Assembly: GCF_009914755.1 (NCBI RefSeq)
Contig: NC_060935.1
Length of the DNA: 64,000 bases
Reading direction: 5' to 3' (one strand)
DNA from: the human T2T-CHM13v2.0 reference genome, Homo sapiens
Shown here: positions 38,721-54,058 of the stretch, piece by piece
Position numbering within the stretch: position 1 is the stretch's first letter
Layout of the letters: each line of letters starts with the position of its first letter
The notes under the pieces: generated by a model
The model's input: only the letters and a program-made list of their open reading frames with translations
Database searches by the model: none
Told to the model about the DNA's origin: nothing
Program-made: the position numbers and the translations under genes

Positions 38721-39340
38721 TGATTTTAAAAATCAGAATTGTGACTTCGGATTTAGTGAGCATAAAATTTTCATGAATGTTAATCCAAACTGTAATATAT
38801 AGTATTCTTATGAAGAAATGAGGACACAGTGTCCTATCTTCATGTGCGCTGTTAAAATCATGACATAGTGACAAAGATAAGTTTTGGTCTAGGTATGCAA
38901 ATCATGCAAATCCTTGACACCATCCCTCTTGGATGAAAGGGGATTAATTCCCACTATATAGATGTGAGATACAATTATGAAAGTTCTAATCATATACTCA
39001 CAGCTACATTACAAATTAGCAGCAAAGAGAATATGTACCCTCTTGAATTTCTTCCAGTATTGGGTTCTCCACTCTCTGGATTGCACGTTTGATAGCCAAT
39101 GATTTTTGCAACCTAAACAAAATAAGACCTTCTTAAGCAACTGGCCTCAGCATTTGACTTTCAATCTGGGAAGAATCCCACATGCTATTCAATATGCCCC
39201 CATAGCACTCTGCCTAGGTACTTCCCAAACTAGCACCCATTAGGCAGCACCTTACTGCACTCACTTCACAGAAGTCTTTTTCTATGTTATTGCATCTTAC
39301 ATTTTCCTCGGCTGTCTCTTTTCCTGCCAGCCAACAGTTC

Positions 39341-39413
39341 TTGTTGTTTTTGTTATTTTGTTTTTTGAGACAGGGTCTCGCTCTATCACCCAGGCTGGAG
39401 TGTGGTGGCATGA
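39341..39413 (-). mobile_element. Severely 5'-truncated Alu (3' end only)
   Basis: T-rich tail followed by tgagacagggtctcgctctatcacccaggctggagtgtggtggcatga. Confidence 0.85.
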
Positions 39414-40819
39414 ACGGTTTAACTTGTGCTATAAACCTAAACCTCTATCTATCTCTAATTGTGCCATACACATACATTTTAGCTACAGAATTCTGGACCT
39501 AGATAGCACTCCCTGCAAGCTTGGACTTGCCACCTGGAATTCAGAAAAAGTATTCTGCTCCCTGGTGTTAACTACCTATGCTGACCAGTTGCCCAAAAGA
39601 ACCTTAGGGAAAGGTTTCTCTTATTGCCCCTTGGGCCACCAGTCAAACCATCGGTGCTCTTAGGACTGCCCTCTAAAAACACAGAATTTGCCATTTACAT
39701 CAGCTATGTAATCTGCATTCTGGCACTACCATTGCCTGGCACCCAGCCATTAAGCCTGGCAGCAGAGAACAGTCATAGTCTTCTCGCTAGTTGCCCGCTC
39801 CATTTTGGCAAGATGAATGCTGTATCATTGGGAAAGCAGACTTAATTGGTTTTCTGGGGGTGTTTAGTTAAGTCACCCCACCTCAGCTCCAAGTTGATGG
39901 AAGTGTCACTTTGCCCTTTCCAACAACCAGAGCAAATAAATGATGGGGACATACTCCAAAATGTACATGGCTGAGTCCTCTTGCTCTCCTTTTTTTTTTT
40001 CCCCAGTGACTTTGGGGAGGTTTGGGCAGTGATCCTGCATACACAATACTGTTCTTGTTCTTCTTTTCTCTTACAGAGCAGCCTTGAATAGCTCTGTCTA
40101 AAATTATTAGCAGGGGCAGCCCTAGGCTCCAAGAGATCACAGCCCTCATGCTGGGCCTGAACAAAGACCCTGCTTTTTCCCAACAATTAGCCCTGCAAAA
40201 AAGGACATCTATCTCCCTCTATTAAAACCACCACGTGCCTTCAAGTCAGCCCATTGTAAAGCTAATTAAATAACACGCCTCTCTCCCCATGCAGGTCTCC
40301 TGATTAGCTTTCCTCTGTCAGAAACCTCTGCAAAGAGCCTAGTGATAGACAAGCCAATGTTCCACTTCTCCTTAGCCCCGCTCCCATCGCCAATTAGCCG
40401 TCGCCTTTGAAAAGCCATCCTTATCAATGTTGGTGAGTTTATTCACGCTCCATATCCATCCAAAGCCCAGACGCTAGTCACCTCCACCTTAAAGGAATGG
40501 ATAAGGTTCATACTGCTTTTAAAATAAATTATTTGGAAAGGCAAAAGTTTTCATCACAGTGTAAAATCTTTGGCCAGCATTCCCCACATCGCAATACACA
40601 AGGGCTGCCGCCGCCATTGCAGGAGAGTGTCAGAGAAGGACTTTTCTGAAAGTCAGAGAGCCTGGGCAAGATGCAGCCAAGGTGGCCATTTCTACCAGAT
40701 TTCTAAAAACAGGATGCAGAAGACCACCCTTTAGGTTAAACTCCCTTAGATACTCCTCACCGCCAAACAGATAAAATCCAAGCACAGTCCAAAAGGCCAA
40801 AATTGGTCCTCTTTACCTT

Positions 40820-41275
40820 TTGACCACACCTCACCTTCTCCCCCACATAGGGACCCTGCTCTCTGACAATCCTGGACTTGTGGCAATCCCTTGAACACAC
40901 TCTAGTTCTTCACTCTTTTATGCATTTTTACAGGCTTTTTTCCCTTCTGGAAAGCCCTGTTCTACCTGCCCAGCACCTCTGTCAAGACTCAGCAGTAAAT
41001 CACCTCCCCCATGGTTTCCAAGGCCTTGCTAGATAAAATCAGGCACTTCCTACTCTGTGCTCTCAGCAGCACATATAGGTTTCCAATGGGGCGCTTACGT
41101 TACCAAAAATAATCTGAGCCCCTCAAGAACAGCAATCATATTCTACTTAAATTTGAATTTCCAGTTTAAACACAAGGACTTAGTGAATGCTTAATAAGTG
41201 TTGGAAGAATAGATAACTGAGTAACTGAGTAAATGAAATGAGTAAGTAAAAGAATGACTAAATGAATGAATAAAA
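40820..41275 (+). mobile_element. L2 LINE 3' fragment
   Basis: ccttgaacacac...ttcccttctggaaagccc...tcaagactcag...tcacctcc...gcttaataagtgttggaagaat...tgaatgaat tail. Confidence 0.6.
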
Positions 41276-41739
41276 TAACCACTTTATACCAAATGTGATC
41301 TAAGATGGTACATTCAGGCCTACTTCCAGCTTCGCTACAGATGGTCTTTGTGCATAGTAAAGGGCGTTATTATTTTATGACATGGTTTTCTTTGTTTGAA
41401 ATTGTCAGATCTCCTACACATGCACACATGTTTACACATGCACTTTTTAAATACAATTTTTTAAATGATAAAAATGGAGGGAGAACAGGCCAGCTATTTT
41501 CTAACTCTGCTTAATAGTTCTAGAGCTTAACTTTTCAAACTAGTCTTTGAGGTTTCTAGCTGATTTAATCTTTAGACCATAAAAAATTTCCTTCCAAGTG
41601 TTTTTAGGAAGACTCACCAGTCTTCTTGGATGTCCCATACAGATGAGTAGATGACTAGACTATAAAGAAATCCCATATACAATTTAAGTTTTCCATGAAA
41701 TGCTCATAGACCTCAAAATTAGCAATGAAAACAAGAAAA

Positions 41740-42878
41740 TTTTTTCCTTTTTTAAGAATATTTTATTTTAAGGTTCAGATACACGTGCAAGACATGCAGG
41801 TTTGTTACACAGATAAACATATGCCATGGGTGGTTTGCTGCACCTGTCAGCCCATCACCTAGGTATTAAGCCCTGCACATATTAGCTATTTATCCTGATT
41901 TTCTCTTTCCCCGTACCCCTCCAACAGGCCCCAGTGTGTGTTGTTCCTCTCCCTGTGTCCATGTGTTCTCATTGTTCAACTCCCACTGATAAGTAAGAAC
42001 AGACAGTGTTTGGTTTTCTGTTCCTGTGTTAGTTTGCTGAGGAGAATGGCTTCCAGGTCCATCCATGTCCCTACAAAGGACATGATCTTGTTCTTTTTTA
42101 TAGCTGCATAGTATTCCATGGTGTGTGTGTACCATATTTTCTTTATCCAGTCTATCATTGATGGGCATTTGAGTTGATTTCCTGTCTTTGCTATTGTGAA
42201 TATTGCTGCAATGAACATACGCGTGCATGTTATCTTTATAATAGAATGACTTATATTTCTTTGGGTATATACCCAGTAATGGGACTGCTGGGTCAAATGG
42301 TATTTCTGGTTCTTGATCTTTGAGGAATTGCCACATTGTCTTCCACAATGGTTGAACAAATTCACATTTCCACCAGTAGTGTGAAAGCATTCCTATTTCT
42401 CCACAGCCTTGCCAGTATCTGTTGTTTCTTGACTTTTTAATAATCGTCATTCTGACTGGCATGAGATGGTATCTCATTGTGGTTTTGATTTGCATTTATC
42501 TAATGATCAGTGATGTTGAGCTTTATGTCATATGTTTGTTGGACACATAAATGTCTTCTTTTGAGAAGTGTCTATTCATGTTCTTTGCCCACTTTTTAAT
42601 GGGGTTGTTTTGTTTTTCTTGTAAATTCGTTTAAGTTCCTTGTAGATTCTGGATATTAGACCTTTGTCAAATGGATAGAGTGCAAAAATTTTCTCCCATT
42701 CTGTAGGTTGTCTGTTCACTCTGATGCTAGTTTCTTTTGCTGTCCAGAAGCTCTTTCATTTAATTAGATTCCATTTGTCAATTTCTGCTTTTGTTGAATT
42801 GCTTTTGATGTTTTTGTCATGAAATCTTTGCCCGTGCCTGAATGGTATTGCCTAGATTTTCTTCTAGGGTTTTTATTG
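41740..42878 (-). mobile_element. 5'-truncated primate L1 (L1PA8-L1PA11-like) with 13-bp TSD GAAAACAAGAAAA (41727-41739, 42879-42891)
   Basis: Frameshifted ORF2 C-terminal peptides ([11 protein letters not shown]..., WIKKIWYTHTMEYYAAIKKN) and an L1PA 3' UTR. Confidence 0.93.
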
Positions 42879-45819
42879 GAAAACAAGAAAAATTAAAGGA
42901 CTTGGCAAAATAGATTTTGAACTCTGCCAAATCCCAAACATTTAAAAACAACCAAAGTCAATGAGTGGGTCTCATCCCTGACACATCAAGTCTTATGGCA
43001 AAAATCACTCACTGCCTGATGAATCCTGTGTACCTTCATGTCTATGCATGATGACATTTAGGGCCAGCTCTTTCCTTGCTATTTTACCACCACAATCTCA
43101 ACTTTTGAAAAGTTGTGTCTTTCTAATATTCATGGGCACCTTCCAGATAGAAAGAGAAATTAAGACACAAAGCAACAGGAAGATTCCATGATCTTGTAGT
43201 TAATCAGTAATTGTATCAGTAAGAGTTTGCAACCTCCAACCTGAGATGAAGCAAGCAAACATTGTCATTCATTTGGCAGTCACTTTGTTCTGGCAAGGTT
43301 CCTACTTGTTAAAGTGGAATGCTCACTTTATAATGATCATAATGGATTAAAAGCTGTAAAATTAGACTCTGGCTGGCAGTAAGTTCTTTATTACTCTCCC
43401 TTACCACAGTGTGCCTCCATTCTCAGATGTTTCCTTAAAGAAGAGTAATCTAAGACCTCTAAATACATAAAAAATAGGATAATAAGTAAAGACAAAGAGA
43501 CCCTCATTTTTATATAGATTTGTCTCCTCCAGATGCAGCTTGGCATGTATACATGTATACAAAGCAGCCATTGAGAATTAAGCATGTGAAAATCACACCT
43601 GTTAATTTGTCAAGGACAGACCAAGTAAACTATAAGGCAGAAATAAAACTGTTTCAACAAAGATAAATGGAAAACATGGTTGAAAAAGAAGAATGATTTG
43701 GAATGAATGTCATAGTATTAATCAAATAAAAATATAAGATGCATATAGTCAATATAATTTATTCAAATAGTAAGAAGAGAAGAAATATGTATCATAAATG
43801 AACATTATCATGAGATATTGGGTACAAGAATTCAATACATTGGGTAAACAGACTGTAGAGATCTTAAGAGCTTAAGATTTCAGAGAATAGCATACATTCT
43901 GTGGTCTAGAAAAAGCTGTTTTCTGATCCAATTGAGACTGTGAGCAATGTTAAGAGGCATAACAGACAAATCAAGACACACAAGAAGCCTCTCATTAGGA
44001 GGAGAAAGAGCTTGGAATTGGTTGAAGGGAGCAGCCGTGTTGACAGTTCATGTCAATACATTCCAGTTAGCAGGTTATTTAAGCAATGACTTCAGGCTAA
44101 GCTGGCCTTGTAATTCTGCAAATCAGATCCCATAGAAGAGCAATTAGCAGACATTCATTTCATACTCTCTTCATAAAGTTTGGGTCATTTTAAATTTTTT
44201 ATGTGTCAAACTTCAGAAGTAAATATGAATACACATCACCTCTTTCCTTTGATTAAAACAATAGGGATGCTTTACCTTATTTAGCATGAAAGATCACAAA
44301 ATAATTCCAACATCACCTCACAGCACCTCTGAGAAATGCCTAAGAGGTGGGAAAGGATCCCAGCCTCACTGTATGCAGTATCTGTCCAGGGTACAGAGAC
44401 TCTCTCCAATGTTTTGCACAACTTTGATCCAAGTCAGCTGTGCAAAATACTGAAGATGCATATTAGCTCAACTCTTTCAAATCATTCATGTGTCCAAAAT
44501 CACTTTCACCTACCAAAGTCCTTAAAATGTGATTTTCTCCTGCCAAGTCTTTAGTCGTCATTTGTTGGTTTTTTTAATTAGACCTTTTATCACTATGTAC
44601 CATAATTTACCTGAGACATTATTTTCCCACTAACACAGAGTGTGTAGGGGGAGAGGGAGGGAAAGCATGGCATGGTGAATAAAGAGACTATTAATCCACT
44701 AATTCCTACTTGTCTCCACTCAGAGTCGGAATAAGCAAAGCTGTCATTGGGAGGTGGATACAGTAGGATCCCAAGTGATGTATCTGCCTGAGTTCAAGTA
44801 TGAACTGGAGGAGGAATTAAATCGCAGTTGGGAATTAGGGGAAAGGAAAGGAAAGCAAGGGCTCAGCTCCCTACCCCTGGGAACTAAGGAGCAAGGGAAA
44901 CTGACATGAAATAAACTCCTGCACCCAAAACATTCAAAGTCGGGTGCACACCTTCCTAGCAGCTGCAGCAGGAAAACACTGGGAAACCTACTAAATAAGA
45001 GCAGCTGGTCACGGAACATATATTTCTAATTGTGCTTTTTTTTTACCACTTATACGTGTATATTGGAATTCTGTAATAACATGTTCCAATAGAGACTTCA
45101 AGACAAATAGGACATAGCATTACAAACACAAAAACAATACATTCTGGGAAATATTCCATTGTTTTAAAGCTATATATCCCAAATTCTTCACCAAAGGCCA
45201 AATAAGCACCTACAAGAAGGGAGAAGAAGTAATGAGATGGGGAAGAGGACTTAGAAGATGACTTCAGGAATAATATGTATTGACACCTTCAATATAAGAG
45301 GTATTTCCACTTTCCTTGGATTCACAGTATTTATTCCCTCAAATTGAATATATTCATTTTCTTAAAAGTCTTGTATATGGTAAATTCAGTAGATTTGGGA
45401 TGTTTGCCACACAACTATTAGTGACTTTCTTTGAAACTTACCGAAGAAAATACAAGAAAAGTGAAAAAAAAATTAATGTCTTAAGCAGAAACACTCGCAT
45501 TAAATGAGATTTAAACAACTGATTAATAAAAGTATGATGAAATTATCCTAGAAAAGTCTACTGACTTATTTTTCCTTCTTAGAGTTCAAACACACAGAAG
45601 TAACTTGAAAATTAAATACTTTGATTGTAATTCAGGAGGTAAGGGGGGGCGTTAACCTTCCTATTTAGAGATGAGGAAATTGATAGCCATTTAGCATAAC
45701 TAGATTTTCAGATCTGCATTCTTCACAAATTGCGCACATAGTGGCTGCTTTATGTTGCTTTTCCTGGTTACTATTATTTCACATAACATGCCCAAGGACC
45801 GGTACAGTGTTTCATACCA

Positions 45820-46050
45820 GGCTACAGAGTCAGGCTGACCTGAGCTCAAATCTGGGGTCTGTCACTCACAAAGAGTGTAACTTTTGGCAAGTTATTTCAA
45901 CTACATAAATCTCCCTGCCTGAAAAATTTACTTGTCTGTAAAATGGAGTTAATAATTCACAGAATCTTTGGTAAGATTTAAACAGGGTAATGTATGTAAA
46001 ATATATGGCAGTGCCTGGCTAAAAGTGAAGAATGAATACTGGTAGTTTTA
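45820..46050 (+). mobile_element. MIR SINE
   Basis: agagtcaggctgacctgagctcaaatc...ggcaagttattt...tctgtaaaatggag...cagtgcctggc. Confidence 0.75.
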
Positions 46051-46061
46051 TTCAGGTGAAA

Positions 46062-46080
46062 ACACACACACACACACATA

Positions 46081-46123
<43 letters not shown>
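46062..46123 (+). repeat. (CA)n microsatellite, ~31 units with two TA interruptions
   Basis: Direct read. Confidence 0.95.
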
Positions 46124-46124
<1 letters not shown>

Positions 46125-46279
46125 AAACCAGGTTTGAACTCAGGTATCCTCAAAATACTCATGCACTGTAGTGAGCAGTATTGAGGAACCACTTAATACA
46201 AATAATTATTTTGCCATAGATTAAGGAGGTAGTTCGTAGGTGACATATGTATTTAAAAATCTCTATCCACGACAGTGGA

Positions 46280-47800
<1,521 letters not shown>

Positions 47801-49319
47801 ACCTCAATAAACCGTTTAAAAAAAAAAGTTGGTTTTCTGGAGGTGAAGGCAAGACAAAAAAAGAGGGAGAATTTCCTATCATCCAGGAAAGCCTGCCCAG
47901 TGGGGTCTATGAACATCATCTTAAGACCATATGCTTCACCAAAGTTCAGTGGAAAAATGTCTAACATTTCCATGACCTTCTTTTCTAAACTTCCTAAGTG
48001 GCTTAGAGAGAGGCTGCCCGGGAAACTCCAAATGGAATTTAAAAATATTATCTCCTGGCTTTATAAACAGCAAGGAGCACTAATGAAGTGAGGGAGCAGC
48101 GGTCCCAGGAATGGGATATTTCATTCAGATTGGGAGCCCCGTGTGGAGTCTAAGCTCATCTCTGAAAGCGGCAGGAAGGCCACGGAGAGGCCAGACCAGG
48201 GTGAGGGAGGTGAAAATCAACACAGGAGAGAGAAGAAAGAATAACAACGCTCAAGGATACATAAAGCAGAGCCGGAGTGGCCACTCTTCCAAACACCAGT
48301 AAAACAACCCCTTTCCAAATCGAGCTCTGTCCTCATTCTGCCAACTAAGTTTGGATGAATGAGTGCTCCTCAAGGCAAACCCCCTCACCCTCAGTTTCAC
48401 GTGACTGGGAGGCCTCAGGAGGGTCTCTCCATAATTCTAGTCTCAACAGGACCATCCCTCTCATCATTCCCAGTCCCCTGGTGCTCACCAGCTCTGCAGC
48501 TTGGCTGTGTCCGTCTCAGCACGGCAGCCAGGTTGCGTGATGTTCCTTGAGGATGAGACTGAACCACACTTCATAGCCCCAACGCCTCATGAAGAACAAG
48601 GGCTTAATAAATATGTGTTGATTAATAGGGGACAAAGTAAAGATGCTCTAATGTCACTGACACCCTAAACCAGTCAGTAACTTGGAATTACCCATGATCT
48701 AACTGAGGACCAAGACACCAACCATCCCTCCACTAGCTAGGACAAGTTTGGACAACCAGGATACAAATATTTATCAAATCCTCTGCTCTGTGGCAAGTAT
48801 TAGGCTAGGCATTGAGGATACAGAAATAAATGGTGAAGTCCTTTTGCCTTAGAATGAGAGGAACCATAACACAAAAAGTCTTCTGAGCTGATCTTTGGGT
48901 TTTATTCCAAATTACTGCAAAGTTTGTGTTGTTTTCTTTTGTTTTGTTTTAATTTTTGTTACTTCTTAACCAATCCTTATAATCTTGGGTAGTACCCACA
49001 ATGATCCTGACAGATTAATTTAATAACCTGGTTTGATTCTCCACAGACCTTAACTGAGTGTCCGTGGCAATTTAGGCACTCTGCTAGGTACTAGAAACAT
49101 GACAAGGACAAAGCCCCTGACCTCAAGCTGTATATAGTCTCAGAGGAAAGACAAAACAATGATTGCAATATGGTGCAATGATCTCTACAATACAGGTATT
49201 CACCAGTATCATGGGAACACAATTGGGGTCTCAACACAGGTATTGATTATAATAAGGGCTCCACACGAGAACAATGTGGAAGATAAAGTCAATGGGACTT
49301 GTGACTGAATATGAAAATA

Positions 49320-49880
49320 GAGTGGCCATCTGCTGCTTTTCTATCTGTAGTCTTTTCCTTCTTTTTCCAGTACAGGACCCCCCATTTTCCTTTAGGAAAC
49401 TGTCTCTTTTTTACACAGTATAGTTCTGGTGGAACTGCTGATCACAGTACCCCCTACACCTTCTATTCACAGAGGTGGTACATGTCTCACATGGTGAATT
49501 AGAATGCCCCAGCCCCATTATTTCATTCATTGCCTTGGGGATGGGCACACAGACCAGGAATTTTATATATAACCATTATGAACAAGGCATTCTTTGATGA
49601 GGTCTATGACTATGGACTTCTCTTCTTCCACCAAAGCAGATGTGAGCTAGAATGACAGAAAAGGAAAAGGGGAAGAGGGAGGAGGAAGAGCAGGAAGAGA
49701 AGAGGGAGGAAGAGGAGGGTAAAAGAGAGACTTTAGAAGATTATTGGATTCCCTGGAATCACCAGGCTGACTCTTCTACTGGACTTCCCATCTGTTAAGT
49801 CAGGAATTTCTTTCTTACACTGAAGCTAGTTTGATTCAGGTTTCTGCCACTTAAAAACAAAAAGATCCTTCCTTAACCAA
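49320..49880 (+). mobile_element. Old ERVL/MaLR-type solo LTR (LTR16/LTR33-like)
   Basis: 3' end gctagtttgattcaggtttctgccacttaaaaacaaaaagatcc resembles ERVL LTR termini. Confidence 0.45.
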
Positions 49881-50209
49881 CACAAGTGTTAAGGTATTAA
49901 AAAAAAAACAAAACAAAACGGGAGAGGGAGTCAATAACTACCAATTCCTTAGCCTGGTGATTGGTAGCTGATAGTGACCTTCATCAAAACAAGAGAGAAG
50001 ATAAAGACAGCAACAACCCCTCCACTAGCTACAGAGTTACAGGTTACAGAGTCAAGAGAAAGCAGTGAGCTCAGTTTTAAGTCTGAGGTATCTGTGTGTG
50101 ACTCAGGTGAACACTTGTCACAAAAAATACCCATGGAACACACCCTCCATGTATTAACCCTTAAGTGATGACACCAAAATGCCTTTCCTCCCTATTATTC
50201 TTTGATTTA

Positions 50210-50542
<333 letters not shown>

Positions 50543-51669
50543 TTATTTAAAGAGGTATTTTTTTATAATAATTTATTTTTCAAAATAAACTGAATGTGAT
50601 ATATATGCACATAGAAAAGTACTAGTTCATAGCCAGGAAGAGCGAAAAGATTATGCATTTCAAAGCTACCAGAACAGCATAGATTCTCTCCCCCATCTTT
50701 GCAGCAGAACTTTCCCTTCTGTTAAACACAGGGAAAAATGATCACTCTCTACCTGCCCATTCTGACATAGACATTGGGAAGTTTGGAAAATGAGAAAAGT
50801 AAGTGACCAGTAACTATGGGGGAGGTGCAGAAGTACATTTCAGACCTTCCCTCCTTAGCCCCAAAAATCTACTGGTTGAGTTTTCATATCAGCATGCCCA
50901 GCTCATGCCTCCTTTTTGTCTCTCTCACTGCAGCAGAATTAAAAGATTACTCTCACACTCAACGTCTCTCCTTTCACATCTGGCCTGCTCTTTCCCACTC
51001 AATAATTTCCTAAAGCATTCCCTTAAGTTCCTTAAGTTCCCTTAAAAGGTTGTGAAAATTTTATCTTACGTGATCGAACCAGAAGGATAATAATAAAAAA
51101 ATTACTCATACTCCTTCTGAAATATCCTGAAAGATATTTGAGAGGAGAGGTAATTTATAAACTCTAATAATGGATTTCAGAGTCATATTTTCCCCTCACT
51201 AATCTAAATCCCTGTTTTTCCATTTAATCTCATTGTGTTCTTAGTCTTCAGTGGATCTAAAAAACAGCTGTTGACTCCCTGATGACATTTTAGGAAGAGT
51301 TAAGTCTACACTTGTATTTAATCTTAATTAATTTTATACTTAATTCCAACTCACTGCTCACCTGAAGCTCAATGTCTATGAAAGATAAATGAAAACTCTG
51401 AAGAGGAAAAGTCAAGCAAGAGATGTGTGGATACATGTTCTAGCAATTAATGGTATGGTACTATTAAAGCTGAGTATGTCCAAATTATGGAAACTGCCCT
51501 AAATGTCATAAGAAAGTCAGTTCCTTGTATACTTTATAATTTAAATTATATTAAAAGCTCTTTGAGATAAAAATAGGCATAGAGCAAACTGTTTCTTCAA
51601 CTGCTTTAAAAACCTGTGAGATCAGAAAGGAATTTTGAAAGGGCAGATGAAAAAGTGATTAATTGTTTA

Positions 51670-51672
<3 letters not shown>

Positions 51673-51700
<28 letters not shown>
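51673..51700 (+). repeat. (AT)14 microsatellite
   Basis: Direct read. Confidence 0.95.
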
Positions 51701-52699
51701 GGAATTTCCCTCTTCTGTAGCCCAGTTAGTAGGGCTGAGAGATGCAGGCAGCCCTAGGGAAATGTAGGGAAATGTGGATAAATGTACTGAAGCTACAAGC
51801 CTAATCCCTGAGCCCCTCACCCCTGCCTTCTCCCAGTTCTGCTCAAAGACATTGCAATTCCATTCTTTTCCAAGGCTCTCCCTCTCCCCGTCTCCAGAGC
51901 AGCAGCTCTGCATCACATTGAGTTTAAAATAAAGAAATGCTTTTCCTAAAGAATTCGCACACAAATAATCTCATTACCCCAGTGCTTAGGTTTATACAGC
52001 AGACGTCTTCTGCCAGGAAAAGGAAAAAAAAAATGCACTCTACACTCACTCACACGGAACAGCTGCGAGGAGAGAAATGGTATTTAATTCATTGTGAAAT
52101 ATTCAACAATGGCTACACTGCACTTTTAAAAGCCTTTTGATAGTAAAACCCACAGGGAACAGCCCATCCTGTGTGCTGAAAAGCAGCTTCCCCACAATTA
52201 GTCTCTCTATTCAGAGGTCTGGGAAGTCTGTGTAAACTTCAGCACGTGCTGTGTACACTGTGGGTAGCTTCAAGGGTATAACCTTTCAGAAACTTCTTAG
52301 GGTTTAGTCTTGCTCAGTGACTCTGTCTGCTCACGGAGCTGGCTGGTTGGGGGTGGGGGGGGCAGTGTAAGGGGACAAAGGGAGTATGATGCTTAGGTGA
52401 AGAGGTAAGCAAACCCTCTAGACCCTAACTGAATGCCCAACAAAGGAAAAACCATTCTCTGGAGGAGCTTTGCAAATTATCAGGCTTCCTTGTGCCCTTA
52501 AATGACCAATATGGGACTCCAAGAAACCACAGAGAAGATATAAAAGAAATCAGGTAACAGTGTCTTGTTTTCCCTTTTACATCCCTGTGGAATTTTCATG
52601 GGTCTCTGCTTTGTGGGAAAGCTGGGAAAGTTTATCGATTCTTATCCCGGAGGTGGGCAATTGTCACAGCAATGAAGATGTGAACAAATGTTTGGGCAG

Positions 52700-52940
52700 G
52701 CAAAATGTGTATGGTGGTTAAGAACATGCACTTTGGAGGAATATTTACATTTAATTACCAACCTGCCTCCCAGAATTAGTTAGGCTTCTTTGGGGAGGTA
52801 AGTTGACCTCTCTGAGTCTTATTTATCTCATCTGTAAAATGGGAATAGTATCACCCTCACAGGAATATTGTAAAAGCAAAAGACCACATATGTGCAATCC
52901 TCGGCATACAGAAGGCATTTAATGAATGGTAACCACTGTA
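52700..52940 (+). mobile_element. MIR SINE
   Basis: gtggttaagaacatgcactttggag...acctctctgagtc...tctcatctgtaaaatggg. Confidence 0.8.
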
Positions 52941-53716
52941 CCTCTCAAGCAGCTCTAGAAGAACAGGCCTTCTTTTGGACTTTCTGGAATAAGATTACTA
53001 GAATTAGAAAAGAATGGGCTATGAACTATTTTTCATCTCTATTTTAATTTACAATTGATCAGTTAAGAAGCAACATAGAAATATGCACAGATATCTAACA
53101 GGAAGTTCCGAGGGATCTAAACCATGTTAAAAACACAACAAAAGATTACAATTCAAGAAAATGTGGCATCATGGTGGTTGGTTTTATTGTTCAGAAACTT
53201 TAAATTCAGAGTTTTTAAAGCCCAAAGTATTGATGAGATGTCCAAATATTTCAGGTATGGTTGAAGTGAGCACAACAACTTTCTGTTATTTCTAATCTGT
53301 ATTCAACTCTCCAGGAACAGCCCACAGGCATTTCTGTCTCAAGGAGCTAGCCACTTTCATTATAAAACCCAAAATTCATCCAGTGAACATTCACCAGGAC
53401 GCAAGCTCTAAGCCCTGCTCAGCTAAGAATATCCACCTGATATATTGACCAAAGATGAAAATGCTAAGACATTGCTGGGAAGTTCAAAGTAGTTGACTTG
53501 GGTTGGGTAATCTGTCTAGACTGGAGAAGTCTGAAAATGGCCTCCTCTTGTCTAAGTGAGTTTGTAGCAGTAGATGTTAACAGTCAATGGTTCCAACAGA
53601 AGCTAATGATCAGAAATGAGGGCTAAGACTCCAAAAGAATGACCTTGGTTCAGAGGCAGTGCACTGAAAGAGTCTGTAGCATCCAGGAGTTTTTCTGCCA
53701 TAGTCATTCCTGTATA

Positions 53717-54058
53717 CAGTCTCTTGGCCATGAGGGATTGGTTCCAGGAAAACCCCTTGCCTAAGATACCAAAATTCATATACGCTCAAGTCCCTGATAT
53801 AAAATGGTGTAGTATTTGCAAATAACCTATGCACGTCCTCCCATACACTTTAAGTCATCTCAAATTTACTTATAATACTTAATACAATGTGAATGATATG
53901 TAAATAGTTGTTATACTGTATTGTTTAGGGAATAATGACAAGAAAAAGTCAGTACATGTTCAGTACGGATGCAAATATTCTTTAAAAAAAATTTTTTTTT
54001 TGCTCTGAAGTTGGTTGAATCCATGAATGCAGAACCCATGGATACGAAGAGCCAAGTG
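53717..54058 (+). mobile_element. MER2 (TcMar-Tigger MITE) with TA target duplication
   Basis: ta|cagt...gggattggttccagga...ctcaagtccctgatataaaatggtgtagtatttgca...ggttgaatcca...agaacccatggatac...tg|ta. Confidence 0.88.

Noticed and set aside
41890-42495. 201-aa and 129-aa ORFs
   Set aside because: Frameshifted remnants of the L1 ORF2 C-terminus in a truncated L1PA; not a host gene.
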